From positions 108,072 to 172,071 of the forward strand of contig CAZYFP010000001.1 of assembly GCA_964647125.1 (NCBI GenBank): a stretch of DNA of 64,000 bases, given 5' to 3'. This DNA is from an uncultured Candidatus Saccharibacteria bacterium (lineage in GTDB: Bacteria; Patescibacteriota; Saccharimonadia; Saccharimonadales; UBA4665). Below the pieces are notes generated by a model. That model did not search any database. It had not been told where the DNA came from and saw only the letters and a program-made list of their open reading frames with translations. Both the position numbers and the translations under genes were made by a program. Below are positions 38,605 through 47,101 of the stretch, in pieces (the stretch's first letter is position 1; every line of letters starts with the position of its first letter).

Positions 38605-39042
38605 ATGGGACTCATGAGTATACGCGGTAATCGCCTCGACGACATCCAGGGCCAAATTTGGTATCCAGACACGGTCGGTAATCGTACTGAAGCTGCGCGT
38701 ATTTTCTCGCAACCTGGTTTTAGTGCACTCTACGATACGGTACTGGGCCAGACCGATTCGATAGTTGAAATATTTCAACTCAACAAAGCCATTCGAGGCG
38801 ATCGTGGCGTTAAAGAATATATTTCAGCTGACCGTGCAGGCATTGCTGCGCGTATGGACGATGAGCTGTACCAGATTCATTTGCCGATACACAGTTACCC
38901 GTTTGACATCAGCTCAATGGCTGTCAAAGAAGTGCTGTTGCCGCTCGATGAAACCGATCCATATAAGTACGGACCATTTGCTGGCCGCGTTGCCGTAGCC
39001 AAGGCAATCCAGGCGCATCTTTTAATTCCAGAACAATCATAA
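38605..39042 (+). CDS. hypothetical protein (145 aa) inserted between rpsG and fusA
   Basis: It starts 2 nt after the rpsG stop. It contains RTEAARIFSQPGFSALY and DPYKYG motifs shared with other small ORFs in the window. Confidence 0.55.
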   Translation: MGLMSIRGNRLDDIQGQIWYPDTVGNRTEAARIFSQPGFSALYDTVLGQTDSIVEIFQLNKAIRGDRGVKEYISADRAGIAARMDDELYQIHLPIHSYPFDISSMAVKEVLLPLDETDPYKYGPFAGRVAVAKAIQAHLLIPEQS

Positions 39043-39073
39043 TCAAATAACACCTAAATAGGGGACACACGTA

Positions 39074-41161
39074 ATGGCAGACAAAACAACACCAATGAAA
39101 GATATTCGTAACCTTGGTATTATCGCGCACATTGACGCCGGTAAAACTACAACTACCGAAGGCATCCTGTATCGCACAGGTTTATCTCACAAAATTGGTG
39201 CTGTGCATGAAGGTGAAACTACCACTGACTGGATGGCGCAAGAGCGCGAACGTGGTATTACCATTGTTGCTGCCTCTGTTACTTGTTTCTGGAAGGGTCA
39301 CCAGATCAACATTATCGATACCCCAGGTCACATCGACTTTACGGTCGAGGTAGAACGATCACTGCGTGTCCTCGATGGTGCTTGTGTGGTGTTTGACGGT
39401 AAAATGGGTGTTGAATCACAGTCTGAGACCGTGTGGCGTCAGGCTGACAAGTATGGCGTGCCTCGCGTGTGCTTTATTAACAAGATCAACCAAACCGGTG
39501 GTGACTTCTACAAATCACTCGAAAGCATCCACAACCGCCTGAGCAAGCGAGCATTCCCAATTCACTTGCCAATTGGCTTCGAGCAGAGCATTAACGGTAT
39601 CGTTGATCTCGTTGAGATGAAAGCCTTTACGTACACTGACTTCCACGATAAAGAGCTCGTAGAGGGTGAAATCCCAGCTGACATGATGGATCAGGTCAAG
39701 CGTGCACGTAGCTTGCTAATCGAAAACGCAGTTGCCGAAGACGAAGCTATGCTCGAAAAATATTTCGAAGTTGGCGAAGAGGGCCTGTCGGTTGCAGAAG
39801 TCAAACAAGCAATCCGTAGCGCCGTACTATCCGGTAAGTTCTTTGCGGTTACTGGTGGAGACGGTCGTGGCGTTATTGTTGAGAAGGTTCTCGACATGGT
39901 TAACGACTACCTGCCAAGCCCACTGGACGCTGGCTCTACTTGGGGTACGCACCCTAAAACTGGTGACGAAATTGAGCGCAAGCCAGATGTAAACGAACCA
40001 TTTGCTTCACTTGCTTTTAAGATTACAACTGACCCATTTGTGGGCAAGCTTGCGTACTTCCGCGTGTATTCCGGTAAGATTACCGCTGGTAGCTACGTAC
40101 TAAACAGTTCAACTGGTGAAAAGGAACGTGTTGGCCGTATTGTTCGTTTGCAGGCAGACAAGCGTGCTGACGTCACTGAAGTCGAAGCGGGTGATATTGC
40201 TGCCATCGTAGGCCTGAAAGGCACCACTACTGGTAACACGCTGTGTGACCTAAACAACCCAATCGTGCTTGAGAGCATTACGTTCCCAGAACCTCCAGTG
40301 TCGATTGCTATTGAGCCAAAGACCAAAGCCGACCAAGAAAAGATGAGTGTCGCACTGCAACGTCTTGCCGAAGAAGACCCGACCTTCCGTGTCCGTGTTG
40401 ATGAAGAGACCGCTCAGACGATTATTGCCGGTATGGGTGAGCTTCACCTTGAGATCCTAGTAGACCGCATGAAGCGCGAGTTTAACGTCGAGGCTAACAT
40501 TGGTCAGCCTCAGGTTGCCTACCGCGAAACCATCCGTAAAGATGCTGTCGAGGTTGAAGGTAAGTTTGTGCGCCAGAGTGGTGGTCGTGGACAGTTTGGC
40601 CACGTATGGCTACGCCTCAGTCAAAACGAGCAGGGTGCTGGTTTTGAGTTCATTAACTCTATCAAGGGTGGTGTCGTGCCGAGTGAGTACATCAAGCCTG
40701 TACAACAGGGTATCGAAGAAGCTATGAGCAACGGTGTTATCGCCGGCTACCCAGTAGTAGACATCAAGGCCGAACTATACGATGGTAGCTACCACGAAGT
40801 TGACTCCAGCGAAATGGCCTTTAACATTGCCGGTTCTATGGCGCTGCAGGCCGGTGTGAAGGCTGCATCGCCAACACTACTCGAGCCAGTCATGAAAGTG
40901 GTTGTAGTGACCCCAGAAGAGTTCATGGGTGACGTTATTGGCGACCTAAACTCCAAGCGTGGCCGTATCGAATCCATGGAAGACCTCGCCGCCGGCGTAA
41001 AGGAAATCACTGCTTTTGTACCACTAGGTGAAATGTTTGGTTACACAACCAATCTTCGCAGCAACACACAGGGTCGTGCCAGCTCAAGTATGGAGCTAGA
41101 CCACTACGCCGACGTACCAAGTCACGTAGCAGAAGCTATCATTGCAAAGAACGCAAAATAG
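39074..41161 (+). CDS. fusA: elongation factor G
   Basis: [28 protein letters not shown], and 695 aa with the typical domain order. Confidence 0.97.
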   Translation: MADKTTPMKDIRNLGIIAHIDAGKTTTTEGILYRTGLSHKIGAVHEGETTTDWMAQERERGITIVAASVTCFWKGHQINIIDTPGHIDFTVEVERSLRVLDGACVVFDGKMGVESQSETVWRQADKYGVPRVCFINKINQTGGDFYKSLESIHNRLSKRAFPIHLPIGFEQSINGIVDLVEMKAFTYTDFHDKELVEGEIPADMMDQVKRARSLLIENAVAEDEAMLEKYFEVGEEGLSVAEVKQAIRSAVLSGKFFAVTGGDGRGVIVEKVLDMVNDYLPSPLDAGSTWGTHPKTGDEIERKPDVNEPFASLAFKITTDPFVGKLAYFRVYSGKITAGSYVLNSSTGEKERVGRIVRLQADKRADVTEVEAGDIAAIVGLKGTTTGNTLCDLNNPIVLESITFPEPPVSIAIEPKTKADQEKMSVALQRLAEEDPTFRVRVDEETAQTIIAGMGELHLEILVDRMKREFNVEANIGQPQVAYRETIRKDAVEVEGKFVRQSGGRGQFGHVWLRLSQNEQGAGFEFINSIKGGVVPSEYIKPVQQGIEEAMSNGVIAGYPVVDIKAELYDGSYHEVDSSEMAFNIAGSMALQAGVKAASPTLLEPVMKVVVVTPEEFMGDVIGDLNSKRGRIESMEDLAAGVKEITAFVPLGEMFGYTTNLRSNTQGRASSSMELDHYADVPSHVAEAIIAKNAK

Positions 41162-41177
41162 TCGCCAATATACCCTA

Positions 41178-41206
41178 TTGACTATAGTGCAATAAAGTGA
41201 TATCAT
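41178..41206 (+). promoter_or_regulatory. sigma70-like promoter directly abutting ORF 41214
   Basis: TTGACT (41178-41183), 17 nt spacer, TATCAT (41201-41206). The ATG lies 7 nt downstream. Confidence 0.55.
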
Positions 41207-41213
41207 ACTATAT

Positions 41214-41666
41214 ATGACATACGAAGATTCATCACGCCAAGTACCAAGTACCCGACCAGCTGGTTACGACACACCAACCGACTCACCAGATCCGACCTTT
41301 GTTAGTCGATCCGGAGTGGTTCGTGGCCGAATAGAAACATATTTTGAAGATAAAAACCCTCACTTTCCGGTTAGCCGCGCAACTCGAGCAGAAGCAATCC
41401 GTATAGCTAGCCAGCGCCCGGCGTCAGTCATTGTTGAGGCTATGCGAGCAGCCAATGCTGAATGGGTACAAGCATCACTAGATGCTGCACCGCTCAACTT
41501 TAGCGGTGGTCCCGACCCCGAAGGAGGTTCTGTACCTTATCAAGCGGCGCCTGTGATTCCCGCACAAAAGCAACATGTGGTTGACTTAATGCGTAACCAG
41601 GCTGAACTGTTTGGTGCAGCACTTGAAGTACGCCTTGATCAAGACCAGAACCCCTCAGCGTTCTAG
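41214..41666 (+). CDS. hypothetical protein (150 aa)
   Basis: Long ORF between fusA and tuf with its own promoter-like signal. It contains the RAEAIRIASQRPASVIVEAM motif. Confidence 0.55.
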   Translation: MTYEDSSRQVPSTRPAGYDTPTDSPDPTFVSRSGVVRGRIETYFEDKNPHFPVSRATRAEAIRIASQRPASVIVEAMRAANAEWVQASLDAAPLNFSGGPDPEGGSVPYQAAPVIPAQKQHVVDLMRNQAELFGAALEVRLDQDQNPSAF

Positions 41667-41731
41667 TAGTTGACAGCGGGTGTAGTACACCCAAAGTCAA
41701 GGTATGCCAGCGCTGTCGCTTGTAGATTCGA

Positions 41732-42106
41732 ATGACTGGTGCTATTACTAATAGTCATATGACATTACCTAAGCATGAAGTCAGCGCCGATAGCCAGTTG
41801 GCTTCACTTGCCGATTGTAGATCAGCGCTTGATAAGATTGATGGCGGATTGCTTGACTTACTGTTGGAGCGTGCGGAAGTGGCCATGCGTGTTGGTGAAA
41901 TTAAGCTCGAAACTGGTATGCCAGTGCGCGACACATCTCGTGAGATGCAGATCTTAGCGAATATCGCCGCCAGAGCCGAAGGTTCAACGCTGTCACCCCG
42001 GCATGCTGTCAACGTATTTAGTGGTATACTCTCTGTTTCGCGAGCTATTCAAGAGGCCTTGTTAGCCGAACAAAGCAACAAAACTAATCTTGACAGCACT
42101 GGCTAA
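41732..42106 (+). CDS. chorismate mutase, AroQ (type II) family, stand-alone
   Basis: LADCRSALDKIDGGLLDLLLERAEVAMRVGEIKLETGMPVRDTSREMQIL...VFSGILSVSRAIQ follows the CM_2 helical pattern (R..ID..D..L..LL..R......K......P..D..RE). Confidence 0.7.
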   Translation: MTGAITNSHMTLPKHEVSADSQLASLADCRSALDKIDGGLLDLLLERAEVAMRVGEIKLETGMPVRDTSREMQILANIAARAEGSTLSPRHAVNVFSGILSVSRAIQEALLAEQSNKTNLDSTG

Positions 42107-42146
42107 GTGGCTTGAAAAGTTAGTTATATAGGACTACGCTGATACC

Positions 42147-42422
42147 ATGAGCGCAGAACGGTATCCGGAAGTAGAACAAATTTCGGAAACAGATGAAATA
42201 GTACAAAAGCAGAATCGCTTTTTGGCAATGTATGATGGGCTTGAGGCCTGGTACGACGAGACGTCTCAACGCTGGAACCAAAGTGCGATTGTCGAGGCAT
42301 GGGACATGAGCCGCTTGCGAGCTCGCTGGCAGCAACTCGAAGAAGATCACGCCACGGCCAGACTTATCGGAGCAGTTCCAGACTTGCTGCATGCAGCGTT
42401 TTTTAGTGGAAACAAATCGTAG
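42147..42422 (+). CDS. hypothetical protein (91 aa)
   Basis: TTGAAA-N17-TACGCT-N6-ATG arrangement upstream. It contains the SQRWNQSAIVEAW motif. Confidence 0.5.
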   Translation: MSAERYPEVEQISETDEIVQKQNRFLAMYDGLEAWYDETSQRWNQSAIVEAWDMSRLRARWQQLEEDHATARLIGAVPDLLHAAFFSGNKS

Positions 42423-42536
42423 GATAACTACTTTACAAACCCTGGTGTCTTCTCTATACTAGCCGGGGTAACTCGTGTGAGTGGGTATTACTCGTGCGAA
42501 ACAAAATAAGTATTTAATTAAAGGAGTCATACTTAC

Positions 42537-43721
42537 ATGGCAGGAACATTTGACCGCAGCAAGCCTCACGTCAACGTTGGTACTATGGGCCACGTCGACC
42601 ACGGTAAAACAACTCTAACCGCAGCAATTACGACTGTACTCGCTAAGAAACTTCCTAGCGATGTTAACAAGCAGGTTGCTTACGACCAGATCGATAACGC
42701 ACCAGAAGAGAAGGCTCGTGGTATAACCATCGCTACTTCTCACCAGGAATACGAAAGCGAAAAGCGTCACTACGCTCACGTCGACATGCCTGGTCACGCC
42801 GACTACGTTAAGAACATGATCACCGGTGCTGCACAGATTGATGGCGCTATTCTTGTAGTTGCTGCCAATGATGGTCCATTGCCACAAACTCGTGAGCACG
42901 TACTACTTGCTCACCAGGTTGGTGTACCTAAGATCCTTGTCTTCCTAAACAAGATGGATCTTGCTGATCCTGAACTCGTTGAGCTCGTTGAAGAAGATAT
43001 TCGTGACCTACTAGAGAAGAACGGTTACGACCGCGAAGCTCCAATCATCAAGGGTTCTGCTACTAAGGCTCTCGAAGGCGACGCAGCTAACGAAGACGCT
43101 ATTATGGAACTTGTTGCAGCTATGGACGCATTTGTTGAAGAGCCAAAGCGCGACCTCGACAAGCCATTCCTAATGCCTATCGAAGACGTGTTCTCAATCA
43201 AGGGTCGTGGCACCGTTGCTACTGGCCGTGTTGAGACTGGTATCGTTAAGGTAAACGACGAAGTCGAAATCGTTGGTATCCGTGACACCAAGAAGTCAGT
43301 TGTAACTGGTATCGAAGCGTTCAAGAAGAGCCTAGACCAGGGTCAAGCCGGTGACAACGCTGGTATCCTGCTCCGAGGTATCGAGCGCGATGACATCGAG
43401 CGTGGTCAGGTGCTTGCTAAGCCAGGTACTATTACTCCTCACACCGAATTTGACGCTGAAGTCTACATCCTGACCAAGGAAGAAGGTGGTCGACACACTC
43501 CTTTCTTCAAGGGCTACAAGCCTCAGTTCTACTTCCGTACTACGGACGTAACTGGTGAAGTTGAACTTCCAGCCGACAAAGAAATGGTTATGCCTGGTGA
43601 TACCATCACCTTCAAGGTAAAACTACTCGCTCCTATCGCTATGGAGCAGGGTCTTAACTTCGCTATCCGCGAAGGTGGCCGAACCGTTGGTGCTGGTGTT
43701 GTTACCAAAATCACCAAATAA
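42537..43721 (+). CDS. tuf: elongation factor Tu
   Basis: [56 protein letters not shown]. Confidence 0.98.
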   Translation: MAGTFDRSKPHVNVGTMGHVDHGKTTLTAAITTVLAKKLPSDVNKQVAYDQIDNAPEEKARGITIATSHQEYESEKRHYAHVDMPGHADYVKNMITGAAQIDGAILVVAANDGPLPQTREHVLLAHQVGVPKILVFLNKMDLADPELVELVEEDIRDLLEKNGYDREAPIIKGSATKALEGDAANEDAIMELVAAMDAFVEEPKRDLDKPFLMPIEDVFSIKGRGTVATGRVETGIVKVNDEVEIVGIRDTKKSVVTGIEAFKKSLDQGQAGDNAGILLRGIERDDIERGQVLAKPGTITPHTEFDAEVYILTKEEGGRHTPFFKGYKPQFYFRTTDVTGEVELPADKEMVMPGDTITFKVKLLAPIAMEQGLNFAIREGGRTVGAGVVTKITK

Positions 43722-43736
43722 TCAGCTTTGATTGCA

Positions 43737-43761
43737 AAAAGCGCCCTTCGGGGCGTTTTTT
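43737..43761 (+). terminator. rho-independent terminator after tuf
   Basis: AAAAGCGCCC-TTCG-GGGCGTTTTTT. Confidence 0.88.
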
Positions 43762-43867
43762 GTTTGGGAAACATTCCGGATTGACCTCAGCGTGATCGCT
43801 TGACTTACGTTCTTGCCAGGCGTAGCGTAAAAATGAAGAACCTAAAAAACTTCAAATAGGAGAAACC

Positions 43868-44080
43868 ATGACAATGTCATACGAGGCACATCCGCTACAT
43901 CACGGCGGTGAGCCAGAGCTAACAGTGTTTTTTCGTGTGCCAAAAGATCTGACAGCCAATCAATATTCAGAATTATTGGCACGAACCGAAGAAGAAGTGA
44001 AACATCGCGAACGCGTTGCGGGCATTATACCGCTGGAGCGGGTCGTCTTTAGTGCACATGATAGCGAAAGCCAGCGCTAA
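43868..44080 (+). CDS. hypothetical protein (70 aa)
   Basis: AGGAGA RBS 4 nt upstream of the ATG, and TTGACT about 60 nt upstream. No motif is recognised. Confidence 0.45.
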   Translation: MTMSYEAHPLHHGGEPELTVFFRVPKDLTANQYSELLARTEEEVKHRERVAGIIPLERVVFSAHDSESQR

Positions 44081-44097
44081 ACTTGTATACTGGTGCT

Positions 44098-44499
44098 ATG
44101 AGTCAAGAAGAGACGGAACAGTTTGTAGATTATTACAAGTTATTTGATATCGAGCCTGCCGCCACGCTGGCGACTATTCGTACGCGGTATATTCGATTAG
44201 CGAAAGACAATCATCCTGATGTTGGTGGCTCAACAGCGGCCATGCAACGATTGAATACGGCATATAAAACCTTGGCAAACAGCACCTCACGTGCGGCTTA
44301 TGACATGTTGCATGGCCTGCACACTGGGCGTGATGGACAGCCAGTCTACCAGTACACTCAGGCACCTAGTAGCGCTAGCGGTGCAGTTTCAGACGACTAC
44401 GTTGACATGTTTATAGAGCAGCTTTACAACGAGCTATCTTCAATTAAAAAACAAAGCCAAAAGCAGAGTTTATTCCAGCGCTTGTTCGGCTCGGGGTAG
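44098..44499 (+). CDS. J-domain-only protein (DnaJ-like, 133 aa from ATG 44098; ORF track starts at TTG 44083)
   Basis: DYYKLFDIEPAATLATIRTRYIRLAKDNHPDVGG...LNTAYKTLANSTSRAAYD is a canonical J domain with the HPD tripeptide. There is no Gly/Phe or zinc-finger region. Confidence 0.75.
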   Translation: MSQEETEQFVDYYKLFDIEPAATLATIRTRYIRLAKDNHPDVGGSTAAMQRLNTAYKTLANSTSRAAYDMLHGLHTGRDGQPVYQYTQAPSSASGAVSDDYVDMFIEQLYNELSSIKKQSQKQSLFQRLFGSG

Positions 44500-45270
44500 C
44501 GGCTCGGCAAAAGGCTGCGAGTTTGCTGCGCTGCTGGTCAGCGTATCGACTGTGCGCGCTAGCTTACGACGTACAACTAGCCCAAAAGTCCCCGTTCGTA
44601 TGTGGCGCTCAATTCGGTCGGCTCTAGCTCGCAGCAGATCAGTGCGAGTATAAGCGATTTCGGTTGAGAAGTGATCTTTGATGTACTGCCAATCCATACG
44701 AGGCTGATCTGTTACAGAACATAATTTGGTGGCTAAACGAGCTAAACTGCTGCGAGCAGGCAAGTAGGTATCAATAGGCGCGAATACGGACCGGTGATCG
44801 GCTGTCATGAAGGCCCCAAAAGGCACATTAAGATTATTTGGTCTGCTGCCACAAACGAGCTGCTGAAACCTGCCGGTTTTAAGGTGGTCTGCTAGTTCGC
44901 TAACCGTTTGCCAGCCCAGCCAGTTGGTTGGCTCGGCAATTTCAACGCCAGAAAACGAACCTTTTCCCACCACAATCACATCACTTATGTGGGGGTTGGT
45001 CGCTATTTCCTTAAAATCAGTCAGTGTGGCATCAAGAGCAAGGTGTGGTGTTTTGCCTGTTTGTCGGCGGGTGTGGTCAACAAAACGAAGTGTTTGGGCT
45101 GCGAGATAGGCAAACGTTTCAACCTTTTCCGATTCGGCGTGACGTGCATGATCGTACGGCAGCACTATTGCTAGCTCGCCCTGGTTTGGCGGCACACTGA
45201 AGTGGGCATCCGCCTGTTGCTGATCCCATTTATCCAGAGCTGCTCGGAACTGCTGTCTATCGCTTGCCAT
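44470..45270 (-). CDS. hypothetical protein (266 aa), the only minus-strand gene inside the ribosomal supercluster
   Basis: Long ORF, convergent with the J-domain gene, with a 30 nt 3' overlap. An AT-rich divergent promoter region is shared with rpsJ. Confidence 0.55.
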   Translation of the reverse strand: MASDRQQFRAALDKWDQQQADAHFSVPPNQGELAIVLPYDHARHAESEKVETFAYLAAQTLRFVDHTRRQTGKTPHLALDATLTDFKEIATNPHISDVIVVGKGSFSGVEIAEPTNWLGWQTVSELADHLKTGRFQQLVCGSRPNNLNVPFGAFMTADHRSVFAPIDTYLPARSSLARLATKLCSVTDQPRMDWQYIKDHFSTEIAYTRTDLLRARADRIERHIRTGTFGLVVRRKLARTVDTLTSSAANSQPFAEPLPRAEQALE

Positions 45271-45378
45271 ATATAAAATAGTAGTATACTATAACTCTAC
45301 TAACAACATCTGTCGAGAACTCGTCCGGTCACTCATCACTCCGGAAGAGGTTACGACATAACAATAGGAGTATTACTC

Positions 45379-45720
45379 ATGGCTGACGCCAAAGCAACCA
45401 CACCAACACCAGATGTAAAACAGCGAATTCGTATTCGTTTGAAGGCATATGACCACAAGGTTATTGACCAGGCTGCCAAGCAGATCGTAGACACCGCGCT
45501 ACGTACTGGTGCGAGCCTAGCCGGTCCAATACCACTACCTACACGCAAGACTACCTTTACGGTCGTAAAAAGCCCTCACGTCTACAAAAAAGGTCGTGAG
45601 CAGTTTGAAATGCGCATCCACAAGCGCCTGATCGACGTCTTTGAGCCAACACCAAAGACTATCGACAGTCTGATGAATCTCAGCCTGCCAGCCGGCTGCG
45701 ACGTCGAAATCAAGATGTAA
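45379..45720 (+). CDS. rpsJ: 30S ribosomal protein S10
   Basis: [41 protein letters not shown]...RIHKRLIDV. Confidence 0.98.
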   Translation: MADAKATTPTPDVKQRIRIRLKAYDHKVIDQAAKQIVDTALRTGASLAGPIPLPTRKTTFTVVKSPHVYKKGREQFEMRIHKRLIDVFEPTPKTIDSLMNLSLPAGCDVEIKM

Positions 45721-45727
45721 TACCCAC

Positions 45728-45751
45728 AAGCGCCCCGAAAGGGGCGTTTTT
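45728..45751 (+). terminator. rho-independent terminator immediately after rpsJ
   Basis: AAGCGCCCC-GAAA-GGGGCGTTTTT. Confidence 0.85.
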
Positions 45752-45768
45752 GATTAGGAGAACTGCTT

Positions 45769-46170
45769 ATGTCAAAAATACGAATCGCAGAAAATCACTT
45801 TGGGTATTTCATTGGTATCGAACCGCCCGTGCAAAATATTGCGCTCGAAAACCTGCCAGATCCGTACCGAGGCAACGGCGGTGCCGAAGCCTCAGGCTGG
45901 CCGTATTCCGCAGTTTTGAGCCAACGCGCAGGCAAGGAGCTCGTCTTGGGTATACTAAAAGATTCTTTAGTCTTGTCAGAAACAACATCCAGACGGCGGC
46001 AGATCGATGGTCAAGCCTTCTTACCGCAAGGCCTTGTCGACTACTTGCAGGAGTTGACCGGTTATTTGGAAGAGGTAGAATTTGACCCTGAACTATATGA
46101 AGTTTCACACACGGCAAATGGAGAGATTGAGTTTGTGGCTGCTCATGTTAGGGTGGCACGTGCCCAGTAA
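45769..46170 (+). CDS. hypothetical protein (133 aa)
   Basis: AGGAGA RBS 7 nt upstream. It contains PDPYRG and [14 protein letters not shown] motifs. Confidence 0.55.
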   Translation: MSKIRIAENHFGYFIGIEPPVQNIALENLPDPYRGNGGAEASGWPYSAVLSQRAGKELVLGILKDSLVLSETTSRRRQIDGQAFLPQGLVDYLQELTGYLEEVEFDPELYEVSHTANGEIEFVAAHVRVARAQ

Positions 46171-46184
46171 TCTGTGCTTTAATA

Positions 46185-46475
46185 GTGCTAATGGCTACAA
46201 AGAAAAAAACAGTTAAACGAAAACCAGCTAAAGTAACTCAGCCGAATGATGGTGTCTACCTACTCAAGTTGGTGCTGTATACGATTATTGGCACACAGTG
46301 GCTGTGGTTCGAGACTGATACAAGTTCTGTACCGATACCGATCGGACTGTTCCTGGGGCTGTTATTTGCTATGCATGAACACTTCCGCGTAGATCGCAAG
46401 ATTGAGTTTGCCGTATTGCTGGCTGCCATGCTAGCTGGCTTTATCGCTAAAGTCGGCTTGTTTATTGCTATCTAG
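46185..46475 (+). CDS. small hypothetical membrane protein (likely start ATG 46191)
   Basis: Lys-rich N-terminus followed by 2-3 TM segments (VYLLKLVLYTIIG; IPIGLFLGLLFAM; FAVLLAAMLAGFIAKVGLFIAI). TGcTTTAAT lies 7 nt upstream of ATG 46191. Confidence 0.5.
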   Translation: MLMATKKKTVKRKPAKVTQPNDGVYLLKLVLYTIIGTQWLWFETDTSSVPIPIGLFLGLLFAMHEHFRVDRKIEFAVLLAAMLAGFIAKVGLFIAI

Positions 46476-46521
46476 CTCATGCTTGCATCCAGGACGCTGG
46501 TAGCTTAGTATCTGGACAACT

Positions 46522-46917
46522 ATGGCATTTGAAGAGAAATCATCTAAGTACATTCGTGCCATCTCAATCGGGATGCTCGGCTATATCGGTTTGTGTACCG
46601 GGGTGGCGGTGTTTAGTGCTCCAGATAGCTCGTCGGTCGAGTCGTCGCAAGCTACAGAGCTTCAAACTTCGTCTGCCGAGTAAGATTCGGACGATGGCAT
46701 TACGTATGTAGCCGGTGCCGCACTTATTTGCTTGGGTGGAGTTGTGGCCTATGGCGCAATGCGAGGCCGTGATACATCAGTCCCAGTGGCCGTAAACACC
46801 GGTGGGCTGCACGATGCCATGCCGTTTGATCCCGACAGCGACCTTAGTTTTATACAGGTCACGACAGATATCTGGCGGACGTTTTCGCCAGACACTGGCC
46901 GGTTCAACGCAAAATAA
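46522..46917 (+). pseudogene. 131-codon frame for a two-TM protein, interrupted by one in-frame TAA (46681-46683); alternatively two tiny ORFs
   Basis: ATG 46522 opens MAFEEKSSKYIRAISIGMLGYIGLCTGVAVF...SSAE-stop. The same frame continues as DSDDGITYVAGAALICLGGVVAYGAM... to TAA 46917 (the ORF-track ORF 46732..46917 lies in this frame). Confidence 0.3.
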
Positions 46918-46995
46918 GCACTGTATTATTTGCAACATATTGACAGGAGTAGCGATTTGATGGTACCCTGTTATGGTATCAAAAGAAATCCTGTA

Positions 46996-47057
46996 CTTGA
47001 TGTGCATGGTAGGTCCAGCAATAACAGATGGAAACCACCAAGTCATCAAGCATTTTT
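46996..47057 (+). promoter_or_regulatory. long hairpin plus U-tract in the rplC leader (candidate attenuator)
   Basis: CTTGATG (46996-47002) pairs with CATCAAG (47044-47050), extended by TGGTaGGT/ACCACCA, and is followed by CATTTTTAT. It sits about 45 nt upstream of the rplC ATG. Confidence 0.5.
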
Positions 47058-47101
47058 ATGTCTGATAGGCAGAAGGTGGAACAGGGGTAAATGAGGACAC
47101 T

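Noticed and set aside
46529-46711. ORF-track ORF 46529..46711 (60 aa, MKRNHLSTFVPSQSG...).
   Set aside because: It has Arg/Ser/Cys-rich composition typical of an off-frame. The overlapping frame starting at ATG 46522 encodes a clean TM helix and is contiguous in frame with ORF 46732..46917, so that frame was preferred.
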